Below, in pieces: positions 50,330 through 60,986 of a stretch of 64,000 bases of DNA. The stretch spans positions 672,001 through 736,000 of the forward strand of contig CAWDOD010000002.1 in NCBI GenBank assembly GCA_963803805.1. The letters run 5' to 3'. This DNA is from an uncultured cyanobacterium. GTDB lineage: Bacteria; Cyanobacteriota; Cyanobacteriia; Cyanobacteriales; CAWCAG01. Numbering within the stretch: position 1 is the first letter of the stretch; the number at the start of each line of letters is the position of its first letter. The position numbers and the translations under genes were made by a program. Below the pieces are notes generated by a model. It saw only the letters and a program-made list of their open reading frames with translations, had not been told where the DNA came from and searched no databases.

Positions 50330-52327
50330 TTGCTGGCTCTATTCAAAAAGCTCCAAGAAGCAATAGTCCACTGGTGGTCAGATTTCACCCTTCAAACTCG
50401 CTTAATGGCGGCGGGAACTTTGGTGGTGTCATTAATTATGAGTGGTTTAACCTTTTGGGCTGTTAATACCATTCAGCAGGATGCTCGACTTAATGACACT
50501 CGTTTTGGTCGAGACTTGGGACTTTTGTTAGCTGCCAACGTTACACCTTTAATTGCTGATCATAATTTAACAGAAGTTGCTCGTTTTTCTAGCCGCTTCT
50601 ATAGCAGCACTTCCAGCGTCCGCTACATGATTTACGCTGATCAAGAAGGTAAAATTTTCTTTGGTATTCCTTTTTCTGAATCAGAAGTTAAGAATTCTTT
50701 GGCTATTAAGCGCAGCATCGAACTTCCGGACAATTACGTCAAAGACTCTACCTTACCTATGGTAAGACAACATCTCGTTCCCAATGGAGAAGTTACTGAT
50801 GTTTTTGTTCCTCTTAACCAAGATGGTGAATATTTAGGGGTATTAGGATTAGGAATTAATCCTAATCCTACGGTAGTAGCTTCTTCTAATTTAACTAGGG
50901 ATGTGACTATTGCTGTTTTTATATCTATTTGGGCAATGGTTATTTTAGGAGGAGTGTTTAATGCCCTAAATATTACTAAACCAATTAAAGAATTATTATT
51001 AGGGGTGAAAAATATTGCTGCTGGTAATTTTAAGCAACGAATTGATTTGCCATTAGGAGGAGAGTTAGGCGAGTTAATTTACAGTTTTAATGAAATGGCA
51101 GAAAGATTGGAGAGATACGAAGAGCAGAATATTGAAGAGTTAACAGCAGAAAAAGCCAAACTGGAAACTTTGGTTTCTACAATTGCTGATGGCGCAGTAT
51201 TAATAGATACAGATTTACAGGTTATGTTGGTCAATCCTACTGCCCGAAAAATCTTTGGCTGGGAAGGTAAAGATTTAATTGGTAAAAATGTCCTCAAAAA
51301 TTTGCCGGCCGACGTAACAGTTAAGATTACGGAAACTCTCTATAAACTTGTTGCTAGTGAGCAAATTAACAAACAAGATTCAGAAGCTGAATCCCATTTG
51401 GAAAGAGAAGGAAGTGAGTTTCGGTTAACCTTGAGTGAACCGACTCAACGAACTGTTCGCATTCTTTTAACCAAAGTACTTAATCAATATCGGGAAAGTA
51501 TTAAAGGTATTGCTATGACAGTTCAAGATATTACCCGCGAGGTAGAACTAAATGAAGCTAAAAGCCAATTTATTAGTAATGTTTCCCATGAATTAAGAAC
51601 CCCTTTATTTAATATAAAATCATTTATTGAAACCCTCCACGAATATGGAGACGATTTAACAGAGGTTGAACGCAAAGAGTTTCTGCAAACAGCTAATCAC
51701 GAAACCGATAGATTAACTCGTTTAGTTAATGATGTCTTAGATTTATCTCGCTTGGAGTCTAATAAAGTTTATAACTTAGAACCTGTAAATCTAGCTCAGC
51801 CCATCGAACAAACTTTGCGTACTTGCTATCTTAATGCTAAAGATAAAGGTATTGAATTAAAGCAAGAAATAGAGGATAATTTGCCGGCCGTAGCTGGTAA
51901 TTATGACTTAATTCTTCAGGTTTTAGCTAACTTAGTCGGTAATTCTCTGAAGTTTACAGAATCAGGTGGGAAAGTAGTGGTTCGTGCTTACCAACTAATT
52001 AATAATCTCGACGCTTGTGATTCCATTCCCAAAGTACGAGTGGAAGTTTCTGATACTGGCACAGGTATTGATACTGAAGATCAACAGTTGATTTTTGATC
52101 GCTTTTTTCGAGTTGAAAACCGCGTTCATACTTTAGAAGGCACAGGCTTAGGACTATCAATTGTCAGAAATATCATTGACAAACACCATAGCAAAGTTCA
52201 CTTAGTTAGTGAAGTAGGAGTAGGTACAACTTTCTGGTTTGATTTAGTAGTTTATCAAGCCCATATAGATACCGGAAGTGGAGAGGTAGGGGCAGTAAGG
52301 CTAGTAGAGGGGTCAAGATTGTCTTAG
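50330..52327 (+). CDS. nblS: Sensor histidine kinase NblS/Hik33 (TM-HAMP-PAS-HisKA-HATPase)
   Basis: WWSDFTLQTRLMAAGTLVVSLIMSGLTFWAVNTIQQDARLNDTRFGRDLGLLLA, SNVSHELRTPLFNIKSFIETL, RVENRVHTLEGTGLGL. Confidence 0.93.
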   Translation: MLALFKKLQEAIVHWWSDFTLQTRLMAAGTLVVSLIMSGLTFWAVNTIQQDARLNDTRFGRDLGLLLAANVTPLIADHNLTEVARFSSRFYSSTSSVRYMIYADQEGKIFFGIPFSESEVKNSLAIKRSIELPDNYVKDSTLPMVRQHLVPNGEVTDVFVPLNQDGEYLGVLGLGINPNPTVVASSNLTRDVTIAVFISIWAMVILGGVFNALNITKPIKELLLGVKNIAAGNFKQRIDLPLGGELGELIYSFNEMAERLERYEEQNIEELTAEKAKLETLVSTIADGAVLIDTDLQVMLVNPTARKIFGWEGKDLIGKNVLKNLPADVTVKITETLYKLVASEQINKQDSEAESHLEREGSEFRLTLSEPTQRTVRILLTKVLNQYRESIKGIAMTVQDITREVELNEAKSQFISNVSHELRTPLFNIKSFIETLHEYGDDLTEVERKEFLQTANHETDRLTRLVNDVLDLSRLESNKVYNLEPVNLAQPIEQTLRTCYLNAKDKGIELKQEIEDNLPAVAGNYDLILQVLANLVGNSLKFTESGGKVVVRAYQLINNLDACDSIPKVRVEVSDTGTGIDTEDQQLIFDRFFRVENRVHTLEGTGLGLSIVRNIIDKHHSKVHLVSEVGVGTTFWFDLVVYQAHIDTGSGEVGAVRLVEGSRLS

Positions 52328-52408
52328 GAAATCCCAATTTCTAATTTACTAGATGGGAGAAGCCTTAGGCCAATAATTTCTAATTTTTAATCAATACTGT
52401 TACCCCCT

Positions 52409-52846
52409 CTAATGATTGTGGCTATAAGCACCAATTTCCGGGTTAAAAGCTGTTACTTCCTCCTGTACATCTAAACCCATTTTTAAGAGCATAGAATAGA
52501 GGACAGAATCAATATTTAAACGTAAATAATCAGTCGTTATTTCTAAAGGAACGTGGCGATTTCCTAAATGATAAGCTGCTTGTAATAAATCGAGATGGTT
52601 TTTGCCTCTAACCGTCATAACTGGTTCCGGTTGTGCCTCAATGCGAACTACTATATCTTCTGTTTCTGAGAGTAATAAGTCTCCGTCTTGCAATACTGTA
52701 CCTCTAGGCAACCTTAAATACAAAGATTGACCATCAGGCAACTCAAAACGATGGCGAGTTCGAGTGCGCTTTTCTGCTGTGAGGAAAAGAGTTATAGCCG
52801 CAGTGATATTTTTGGTAGATGGTAATTTTTGTGTGAGTGTCAGCAT
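52409..52846 (-). CDS. ureE: Urease accessory protein UreE
   Basis: LPRGTVLQDGDLL, AAYHLGNRHVPLEI, FNPEIGAYSHNH. Confidence 0.93.
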   Translation of the reverse strand: MLTLTQKLPSTKNITAAITLFLTAEKRTRTRHRFELPDGQSLYLRLPRGTVLQDGDLLLSETEDIVVRIEAQPEPVMTVRGKNHLDLLQAAYHLGNRHVPLEITTDYLRLNIDSVLYSMLLKMGLDVQEEVTAFNPEIGAYSHNH

Positions 52847-52950
52847 CGATCATTAATCATTAAATTGTAGAAATAGTAAAATCCCCAGAGATCAATCTCT
52901 AGGGATATATTATCTCGTAAACTCTTTATTATCTCTACCTAATTCTTAAT

Positions 52951-53793
52951 TTAAGCTTGTTGCCACATCTGCTTAATTTTGCCTGGTAAAAAATCACTTA
53001 TTTCTGCTACTCGTTCAGAGGATAATTCATCTTTCGTAGCAGCAAAAACAGCTTTAATTACTTTTTCTCCATTAGTCCCTTTCGGCATTCCACCTTCTTG
53101 TTCAACCCGGAAGATAAAAGTATCTTCATCAATTTTTAAAGGGGGGCGAATTTTGCTTAACCAAGAAACAAGGGGATTCTCATCTTGCCACAACTCAGAA
53201 ATTTCTTTTTGCAAAGTTTTATCTGCTGTGGGTTCTATTTCTTTGTTTAACTCTGAAGCGACTTTTCCGGCTGCTTCTGTAGTCATCATATCCCGCATAG
53301 TACGGTAGACTACAGTAGCCATGTCACGGGCATCGTAAATATCTTCTAATTCCCCTTTGAGCATAATTTTTTCTAAAAAGGGTGTATTTTGAGTTGCCAT
53401 TAGTGTACTAGGTCCTTTTTCTAAAGATTCGGGAGGATTTTGGGACATTTCTTTAAGGATTTTCTGCCCTTTATCCGTTAATTGGGCTTGTTTAAATCTA
53501 ATTAAATGGGGCAAGGGGCCATCTGATGCACCCAAGGTATTAGCGACGCGGAAGTCGATTTCCTCAGAGTCAATCAGATCGGGAACATCTTCTTGGTTTG
53601 CATAGGCGTTACCTTTAAACTCAGCATCGATATATCCTTTTTGATTGAGATAATCGAGATGACCGAGGAAATCAGCTACACTGAGGCGACGACCAGTAAA
53701 ATCTGTAGCTTGAAAGTCAATTTCTTTTCCTTCACTTCCACTGATTTTCTTCAGCAGGATATACATAACATCGTCTTTTAAAGCAATAGGCAT
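52951..53793 (-). CDS. DUF2267 domain-containing protein
   Basis: C-terminal YDARD...VYRTMRD...VIKAVFAATKDELS.ER..EI..FLPGKIKQMW. Confidence 0.72.
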   Translation of the reverse strand: MPIALKDDVMYILLKKISGSEGKEIDFQATDFTGRRLSVADFLGHLDYLNQKGYIDAEFKGNAYANQEDVPDLIDSEEIDFRVANTLGASDGPLPHLIRFKQAQLTDKGQKILKEMSQNPPESLEKGPSTLMATQNTPFLEKIMLKGELEDIYDARDMATVVYRTMRDMMTTEAAGKVASELNKEIEPTADKTLQKEISELWQDENPLVSWLSKIRPPLKIDEDTFIFRVEQEGGMPKGTNGEKVIKAVFAATKDELSSERVAEISDFLPGKIKQMWQQA

Positions 53794-53957
53794 AAATTTA
53801 TTATTTGACTATTAATAGCAAAGCGATTCCAGGTTTGTTGTAGGTTTGGCAATATTCGCTTTACATTTATTAATATAAAAACTTTCCCCACCCTTATAAA
53901 TCTACTTTCAGAACAATATTGTTCTATATCTTAAGGTAGGGATTGAGTTGTCACTTG

Positions 53958-54884
53958 TTACTTATTTCTTCTCCGATTACGGGGCATTCCTTGTTTTGCC
54001 CTTGCTTGTTCACTAACTCGCATGGCATTATCATCTGGTTCAATAGTTGAACCAAATCTGCGGGCATAAACTTGAGTGAATTCCGCCCCAAAGAAGAGGA
54101 TTTGTGCTGAATAATAAACCCAAGCCAGAAGCACAATTAAAGAACCTGCTGCGCCGTAAGTAGAACCAAAACTGCCCCTTCCTAAATAGAGTCCGAGGGC
54201 AAATTTACCGATAGTGAAGAGTAAAGAGGTAATAATCGCCCCAGTCCAAACATCACCCCACTTAATTTTTACATCCGGTAAGTATTTATAAATGACTGCA
54301 AATAGTGAGGTGATTACAGCAAAAGAAATGATGAAGTTAAAAATTTGCCAAATAAAGTCGCCACCAGGAAGGATATTACTCAGGTAATGACTCAAAGCAG
54401 ATAAAACAGCACTCACCAACAAAGAAACTAACAACAAAAAGCCAATACCGAAAACAGCAGAAAAGGATAGTAAGCGCTTTTTAATAAAATACTTAACCCC
54501 TCTTCCTGGTTTTGCTTGCACTTCCCAAATTGTATTTAAAGCATCTTGGAGTTGAGCAAAAACACCGGAAGCCCCAAAAAAGAGAACCACAACACTAATC
54601 AAAGAAGCAATACTACTTGTATCAGGTTTATTAGCATTATTAATGGCTGCTTCAATTACTTCTGCCCCTTGATTCCCCACTAAACCTTGAATTTGCCCAA
54701 CTATTTCTCCCCTCGCTGCTTCCTCCCCAAAAATTGCTCCGGCAATCGCAATCGCAATTACCAATAAAGGGGCAAGGGAAAAAACTGTGTAGTAAGCCAA
54801 CGCCGCAGCTAAACGAGATGATTTATCTTCTTGCCATTCCTGGAATGTTTCTTTAAGTAGGGGAAAAATATCCTTAAGTTTCAC
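53958..54884 (-). CDS. YihY/BrkB family inner membrane protein
   Basis: AAALAYYTVFSLAPLL, LNTIW, YGAAGSLIVLLAWVYYSAQILFFGAEF. Confidence 0.92.
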   Translation of the reverse strand: MKLKDIFPLLKETFQEWQEDKSSRLAAALAYYTVFSLAPLLVIAIAIAGAIFGEEAARGEIVGQIQGLVGNQGAEVIEAAINNANKPDTSSIASLISVVVLFFGASGVFAQLQDALNTIWEVQAKPGRGVKYFIKKRLLSFSAVFGIGFLLLVSLLVSAVLSALSHYLSNILPGGDFIWQIFNFIISFAVITSLFAVIYKYLPDVKIKWGDVWTGAIITSLLFTIGKFALGLYLGRGSFGSTYGAAGSLIVLLAWVYYSAQILFFGAEFTQVYARRFGSTIEPDDNAMRVSEQARAKQGMPRNRRRNK

Positions 54885-55153
54885 TTTGTTGAGGCTCTCA
54901 ATTTTTGGTAAATATCCAGGGCAGAATAGTATTATTACCGCTTAGAGCATTTATTTCATCTTGCTCAAGAAACAAAGTTTAATCTCGGATTTCAGCCAAA
55001 AGAAATATATAGTGGTTCCTAGTCTAATAAAAATTCTCCCTCCTTTCTTTTTGCTTTGTTTGTTTCTTTGATTTAGGAGAAAAGGAAAGGCACTCAATGA
55101 CTTAAACCAGGTTTTACTCCTACGTCTTGCAGTAGATTATCTCAGTGGGGAAG

Positions 55154-55304
55154 GGGAGCATCTCAGTTTTGCAGAAATAGTTTGTCTGTGAAGTTAGCTA
55201 TTAGCTGTTAGCTGTTAGCTTTAAGAATACATTTCTTGCTGCTTCAGTGAAGCTAATATCAAGTTGACGGCTAAAGCCTGTATTTACCAATTTGAGATGC
55301 TCCC
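55154..55304. mobile_element. 151-bp MITE with 12-bp terminal inverted repeats and 9-bp target-site duplication
   Basis: GGGAGCATCTCA (55154-65) / TGAGATGCTCCC (55293-304); GTGGGGAAG at both 55145-53 and 55305-13. Confidence 0.88.
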
Positions 55305-55596
55305 GTGGGGAAGCAACTATCCCTCTTCTGTTACTTTCCGAAAACAAGAGTCATTTCTGATTTCTGGGGCTTATATATATTACGCGATCGCCAGCTTTTT
55401 TCTAACTCAAAATTCTTGTGGGCAGCAAAATCACCAAAATCAGATGAGTAAACTCTGTATCCTTTAGTATAGCTCTTGTACAGAAAGTTCAAATAACAGG
55501 AAAAACAGGAATTTGATAGAAGAGGAATATAGTCACTCTTTCAATAGGATTTGAGATTTTTTCCTCAGTTTTATAAGGGCATTTTATAAACCGGAT

Positions 55597-56268
55597 TTGG
55601 TATCAAGCATGAAATTAAGAGCAAAGCATCGTCACTATACCTGGATACAACAGTCTAAGTTATTAGTGATAGTTTTATTTACTATTTATCTACCAGCAAT
55701 TTTTCTAATTATTTACCTTAAGCTGAAAACAGGGGTTTCTATTAATTCTCTCACTTACAATCCTGTTTCTCTCCTGCCCGTCCCCTATTATTACGGTTTC
55801 ATTTCTAAACTTGGTGTGCTTTTTTGGTCTTTAACCACAGGTATTTGTCTGTTTGCTGCTTCGGTTTTAACTCAACCTACAATCAGAAAAACTATTCCCT
55901 ACTTCTTCCTTGCCTCTGGCTTAATAACCTTATTATTGTTAGCCGATGACTTTTTCTTGCTCCATAATATAGCAGTGGCTCTATTAGGTTGGACAACGAA
56001 AAACATATACTTAGGCTACGGTATACTTATTATCACTTATTTATTAGTGTTTAGAAAGTTCTGGTTACAGACTGAATTTTTGCTCTTGATTTGCTCTTTA
56101 ATCTTTTTTGGAACTTCTATTGTTTTTGATTTATTGCAAAACTCTACCCACTTTTATGGTCGTTCTTTTTTAGAAGATGGAGCAAAATTTTTAGGTATTC
56201 TCAGTTGGTTTGTTTATCATGTAAGGGTGTCTTTTCAACAAGTAAAAGCATTTATCATTTATCATTAA
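55597..56268 (+). CDS. Multi-pass membrane hypothetical protein
   Basis: About 6-7 hydrophobic segments; YYGFISKLGVLFW, LLLADDFFLLH, FLEDGAKFLGI; start may be ATG 55609. Confidence 0.7.
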   Translation: MVSSMKLRAKHRHYTWIQQSKLLVIVLFTIYLPAIFLIIYLKLKTGVSINSLTYNPVSLLPVPYYYGFISKLGVLFWSLTTGICLFAASVLTQPTIRKTIPYFFLASGLITLLLLADDFFLLHNIAVALLGWTTKNIYLGYGILIITYLLVFRKFWLQTEFLLLICSLIFFGTSIVFDLLQNSTHFYGRSFLEDGAKFLGILSWFVYHVRVSFQQVKAFIIYH

Positions 56269-56342
56269 ACATTTACCATTTTGTATAACTATCTTTTGCC
56301 ATAGGCTAAACTGATTACTTATTACTTGTCTAGTTATTTACT

Positions 56343-57005
56343 ATGAGCGTAAACCATCTTACTCAAAAATACTCTTCTGGTAGTTTAATTTCTCCTTGCC
56401 TTCCTTTTGAACAATTGAACCTCAAAAAGCCGGTTAAATTAGGTATTATGGCTTCGGGGAGTGGTAGTAACTTTGCTGCTATTATGGAGGCTATTCAAGG
56501 GGGAAAATTAAACGCTCAAGTACCCGTCTTAATCTATAATAAGCCAGCAGCGAAGGTTGCTATAAGAGCCGCTAACTTTGATATTCCTAGTGTACTCCTC
56601 AACCACAAAAAATATTCTAGTCGTGAAGCTTTAGATCAAGCAATTGTTGAAACGTTTCAGGAATATCAAGTGGAGTGGGTTGTGATGGCAGGTTGGATGC
56701 GGGTGGTTACTCAAGTACTTATAGACGCTTTTCCAGACAAACTTATTAATATTCACCCCAGTTTATTACCCAGTTTCCGTGGCTTAAAAGCAGTGGAACA
56801 AGCAATAGCCGCAAAAGTAAAAGTTGCTGGTTGTACAGTACATTTAGTACGCTTAGAAGTAGATAGTGGGCCGATTTTAATTCAAGCAGCAGTTCCTGTT
56901 TTGCCAGATGATACCCCAGAAACTCTCCACGCCCGTATTCAAATTCAAGAGCATAAAATATTACCCCAAGGGATAGCCTTAGCAGTCAATTCAGAAAGCT
57001 ATTAG
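56343..57005 (+). CDS. purN: Phosphoribosylglycinamide formyltransferase
   Basis: MASGSGSNF, MAGWMR, INIHPSLLPSF.G, GCTVH...VDSGPI. Confidence 0.96.
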   Translation: MSVNHLTQKYSSGSLISPCLPFEQLNLKKPVKLGIMASGSGSNFAAIMEAIQGGKLNAQVPVLIYNKPAAKVAIRAANFDIPSVLLNHKKYSSREALDQAIVETFQEYQVEWVVMAGWMRVVTQVLIDAFPDKLINIHPSLLPSFRGLKAVEQAIAAKVKVAGCTVHLVRLEVDSGPILIQAAVPVLPDDTPETLHARIQIQEHKILPQGIALAVNSESY

Positions 57006-57019
57006 CTATTTTAGATGAA

Positions 57020-57637
57020 TCAAAAAGATGACTTTCTAATTTGTTTTCGGTAAAGTAATTCAAGACGACCGCCATATTTTTGGATTAACCCTAACTGACG
57101 GCGATATAAACTGCGAAAAAGATTAGCAAACAAGAGGGTAACAATAGCCACTAATAATCCTACAGCAGTAGTAATTAAAGCATCGCTGATCCCCGAACTA
57201 ACCCCTGTAGTATTCGTAGCAGTAATATCGCCAATTTTAAGAGCAGAAAAAGCTTCAATTAAACCTAAAATTGTCCCTAATAAACCTAGCAAGGGGGCAA
57301 CAGCAATTATAGTCTCAAAGACAGTATTAAAGCGCTTCAGCATAGGGAGTTCACTTTGTGCCGCAGTTTCCAAGGCAAGCCTAAATTCTTCTGGTGTCGG
57401 GCTATCTAACTCTAAAGCCCCTAAAAAAATACGTGCTATGGGTAAATAACTGTTTTGCTGAAGTTTCGGTAAGGCAGCTTGAGGATTGTTTTGATAAAGG
57501 TAAAAAAATTCTCCTAAGATACGATTTTGTTTTTGTTGAATCTTTAACCAAAAAATAATCCGCTCCAAAATCAGGGCGATTCCAATTAAAGAAAAGGCAA
57601 TTAAAGGTACGAGGACAAGTCCACCAAGGGATAACAT
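57020..57637 (-). CDS. exbB: MotA/TolQ/ExbB proton channel family protein
   Basis: ALILERI.FW, IIAVAPLLGLLGTILGLI, GISDALITTAVGLLVAI. Confidence 0.88.
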   Translation of the reverse strand: MLSLGGLVLVPLIAFSLIGIALILERIIFWLKIQQKQNRILGEFFYLYQNNPQAALPKLQQNSYLPIARIFLGALELDSPTPEEFRLALETAAQSELPMLKRFNTVFETIIAVAPLLGLLGTILGLIEAFSALKIGDITATNTTGVSSGISDALITTAVGLLVAIVTLLFANLFRSLYRRQLGLIQKYGGRLELLYRKQIRKSSF

Positions 57638-57723
57638 TCAGTTGTCAATGAGCAGTTATCAATGATTAATGATGATCATTGCTCGGTTGTCAATGATGTC
57701 TGGCAGCAGCGACAAGCCGAACA

Positions 57724-57769
57724 ATTATCAACTATCAATTATCAACTATCAATTATCAATTATCAATTA
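57724..57769. repeat. Short tandem heptamer repeat (A[T/C]TATCA)n, STRR-like
   Basis: ATTATCA ACTATCA ATTATCA ACTATCA ATTATCA ATTATCA. Confidence 0.8.
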
Positions 57770-57781
57770 ATTGACAAATCC

Positions 57782-58573
57782 CTACCCTGTTTTTGGTATT
57801 CTCTCTATTTGGGCGTAGCCACTAAAAACTAGATTTTGCCCCTGGGTTTCTAGGCGATTTAATCTTAAATTTACTCCATCTAGGTTAAAGCGGTCGAGAT
57901 CCACCATGTTATTTAGAACATCGGCCAAATTATTTGTCAATATTTTGGATATATCCTGTAAATCTTCTGGTACAGCCTCTGTTTCAAATTGAGGATCTTG
58001 AAAAAGAATGCGCCGCCGTTTCGCAATTGCCAAGGTACAGCTTAAACTAACGGGTACTATACGGTTAGGTAAATGAGATTTAGCAAATAGTTTGAGTCTG
58101 TTTTTGGGCAATAACTTTATTTCCACATCGGTAAAGGAAACAGGTTCACCTCCTGATAATTCGGTAAAACTAGGAGAATCTAAATTCTCTAAACGCTTCC
58201 TAACTAAATCGGCGCGGAAAGCCTTGTTGATATCTCCTTGAGTCAATTTAACTGAAGCGATCGCCTGAGTCGGCTGTTTTAAGGAAAGCTGCCCTTTAAG
58301 GACAGAGCCAAAATCAATAGAGACAGCATCGGTTTCAAAGGACATTTCCTCGGTACGGAAGTCCCCACGAATTACCAAACCTCTACCACTCATCTTAAAG
58401 CTGTCGATACTACCCTGTAATAACTTGCTAGAAGGATTACAGCGTACTTCGACATCCACTGATTCACTCTGAGTAAACAGGTGGCGAATTGTGTTGCTAG
58501 CAACGTTATTAAGGATATTTTCTCCCCAATCTGCACTTTTGTTGTTGTTGGAACCAATAAAGCCACCAAGCAT
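57782..58573 (-). CDS. DUF2993 / LmeA-like protein
   Basis: DWGEN.LN.VAS.TIRHLFTQSESVDV.VRCNPSSKLLQGSIDSFKMSGRGLVI conserved cyanobacterial pattern. Confidence 0.78.
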   Translation of the reverse strand: MLGGFIGSNNNKSADWGENILNNVASNTIRHLFTQSESVDVEVRCNPSSKLLQGSIDSFKMSGRGLVIRGDFRTEEMSFETDAVSIDFGSVLKGQLSLKQPTQAIASVKLTQGDINKAFRADLVRKRLENLDSPSFTELSGGEPVSFTDVEIKLLPKNRLKLFAKSHLPNRIVPVSLSCTLAIAKRRRILFQDPQFETEAVPEDLQDISKILTNNLADVLNNMVDLDRFNLDGVNLRLNRLETQGQNLVFSGYAQIERIPKTG

Positions 58574-59272
58574 AAGGCTATAAATTTAGCTATTTGTTCT
58601 TGTTCTTTTGTAACAAAATATTAAGGATACAGCAATCCAACCTGTGACAGAGGAGAAGAATAAGAGCAAATATTCTCAGAAGCTTGGTATACAAAATTAG
58701 CAGAAGTTGTCACATAAGTAGTGTATACACGGGTATGGCAGTTTTAAGTTCCCTAAAGTACAGTCTAAACTCTAGTTTTTACCCTTTTGCTAATCTCTAA
58801 TTGTGATGTGAATACTCTGTTTTTTAAATTAAGATATTTTCTTTGAATTTCCAAACCAATGAACAATGTATTTACTAAAAAGTTTAAGAAGATTTGTTAA
58901 AGAAGAATTTTGATTTTTGTAGATAGAAATCCTTAAATTTTGGTAGCAAATTCTGAATTTCTCAGACTTTATAATTACTAGCAATTTTTAAATAGATATC
59001 TTTGAACATGATAAATACTTAGTGATTTATACTTTGCCTTCGCAAATCATCAATCACAAAATCAATTAAATGATTTTACATCAGCAAAATTGGCCTCGAA
59101 TTTTCACTTACTGAGGAATAGATTTTTTTGTTTTAAGAGTAAAAAGCTTTTCCGGAATCGTCTTAATATAGCTGTGGACTAAAGTAAAAGATTAACCTCT
59201 TGCTAGTATTTTGAGGCTTTTTCTATACATCTAACGAATCATAAGATAGCGTTTTTCGGGATAAACAAAGTC

Positions 59273-60412
59273 ATGTCCTTAACTAACTTTGCAATTGTTG
59301 AAACTACCCTCAGAGAAGGAGAACAATTCATAGAAGCTAATTTTTCTTTAAGAGATAAAATAGAAATTGCTATAGCTTTAGATAGCTTTGGTGTGGAATA
59401 TATTGAGTTGACATCTCCCTACGTTTCTCCTCAGTCCCGTAAAGATTGCAAATATATAGCTAAGTTAGGTTTAAAAGCGAAAGTATTAACCCATATTCGC
59501 TGCCACTTGGAAGATGCTAAAGTTGCTTTGGATACAGAAGTTGATGGGATCAATATTTTCATTGGTACTTCTTACTTATTGCGTCAATTTAGTCATGGTA
59601 AAAGTATCCAAAATATTATTGCGATCGCCACAGAAGTAATTGATTTTATTCATAATCAGAGTCCTAAAACAGAGATACGTTTTTCGACAGAAGACTCTTT
59701 CCGAAGCTCTATAAATGATTTACTAGATGTTTATCTTGCTTTGGATAAGTTGGGTATGATTAAACGCTTTGGCATTGCTGATACTGTTGGTGTAGCGACT
59801 CCATACCAAGTATGCCAACTAGTCAAAACTTTGCGTCAGTATTCCTCAACTGATATTGAGTTTCATGGTCATAATGATACAGGTTGTGCTATTGCCAATA
59901 GTTATGCTGCCCTGGAAGCTGGGGCTACTCATATTAATACAACTGTGCTAGGTATTGGTGAGCGCAACGGTATTACCCCTTTAGCAGGGCTTATAGCCTG
60001 CCTCTATGCCCTTGATCCTCAAAGATTGAGACGTAAATATAATTTATCTCAAATTCCTACTTTGCATAAATTCGTAGCTGATAAAATTGGAGTAGAAATT
60101 CCTTTCAACCATTGCATTGTTGGCAAAACAGCTTTTAGTCACAAAGCTGGAGTTCATACTAAAGCAATATTAAATAATCCTCGTACTTATGAAATCCTCG
60201 ATCCTGGAGATTTTGGTTTGCAGCGATCGCTGTTGATTAATCATCCTCTGACAGGAAAACACGCCGTTGCTCAACGTGCTGCTCAATTAGGATTAAAATT
60301 AAACCAAGCACAAATTCAGGCTTTGACTAGTAAAATTAAGAGCCTCACAGATTTGAATCGTCTAACAACTGAAGAGGTGGATAATATCTTAGTTTCTCAA
60401 GACAGTAATTAA
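59273..60412 (+). CDS. Homocitrate synthase, Lys20/21 (fungal/Thermus) type
   Basis: [10 protein letters not shown]...[86 protein letters not shown]. Confidence 0.88.
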   Translation: MSLTNFAIVETTLREGEQFIEANFSLRDKIEIAIALDSFGVEYIELTSPYVSPQSRKDCKYIAKLGLKAKVLTHIRCHLEDAKVALDTEVDGINIFIGTSYLLRQFSHGKSIQNIIAIATEVIDFIHNQSPKTEIRFSTEDSFRSSINDLLDVYLALDKLGMIKRFGIADTVGVATPYQVCQLVKTLRQYSSTDIEFHGHNDTGCAIANSYAALEAGATHINTTVLGIGERNGITPLAGLIACLYALDPQRLRRKYNLSQIPTLHKFVADKIGVEIPFNHCIVGKTAFSHKAGVHTKAILNNPRTYEILDPGDFGLQRSLLINHPLTGKHAVAQRAAQLGLKLNQAQIQALTSKIKSLTDLNRLTTEEVDNILVSQDSN

Positions 60413-60707
60413 GGCTAAGCTGTTACTCATTTAAAAGACATATTGTCAAGTTAACTAAGAATAAACTGTAGTTGTCTATTTACCCATTACCCATTGGTGA
60501 CAAGTTAAGCTGTTATTCTATTGGTCAAATGTTTTTAGCTCTTAGCTTTTTAGCTATCAATCTATCCCCATAGTTTCACCTTACCTTGACTGTCAATCCC
60601 TTTTTTACCAATGGATACAAGCATTTGCTTGACAACGGCTATACTTCCTTAACTTGTTACAAATGCCCATTACCTCCCTCCCATAGGTGAGCTAAATACC
60701 TGACAGC

Positions 60708-60986
60708 TTATCTGGAGGCGCTACCACCCTTAGTAGAATTACTTCCTCTACTTGGCTCCCCATAGGCAGTTAAAGTTTTTTCCTCTAGATTTTCTGCATT
60801 AGAGTCAGGCTGGCTTATAACATTGGGTGAGTCATCTAGTTGAGCAGAATTAGTATTGCTAAAATCAGAGTAATCTACATTCCTACTCAAGGTATATTTA
60901 TTTTGCCTTTCTGCTGCCAAAGCAGTTGTGCTGCTCAAGACAATAATCAGAATAAGTATTAATATTTTCATTTTTTTCTCCTCCAT
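60708..60986 (-). CDS. Small secreted hypothetical protein ending in RGS...GGSASR
   Basis: Signal peptide MKILILILIIVLSSTTALA (ATG 60971 possible) followed by a polar low-complexity tail. Confidence 0.55.
   Translation of the reverse strand: MEEKKMKILILILIIVLSSTTALAAERQNKYTLSRNVDYSDFSNTNSAQLDDSPNVISQPDSNAENLEEKTLTAYGEPSRGSNSTKGGSASR

Noticed and set aside
55264-55467. 67-aa ORF
   Set aside because: Starts inside the MITE and crosses its right end; no motif or RBS
60415-60660. Possible degenerate MITE ends (TAAGCTGTTA twice; GCTGTTATTCTATTGGT versus ACCAATGGATACAAGC)
   Set aside because: Inverted matches are too imperfect and no target-site duplication was found
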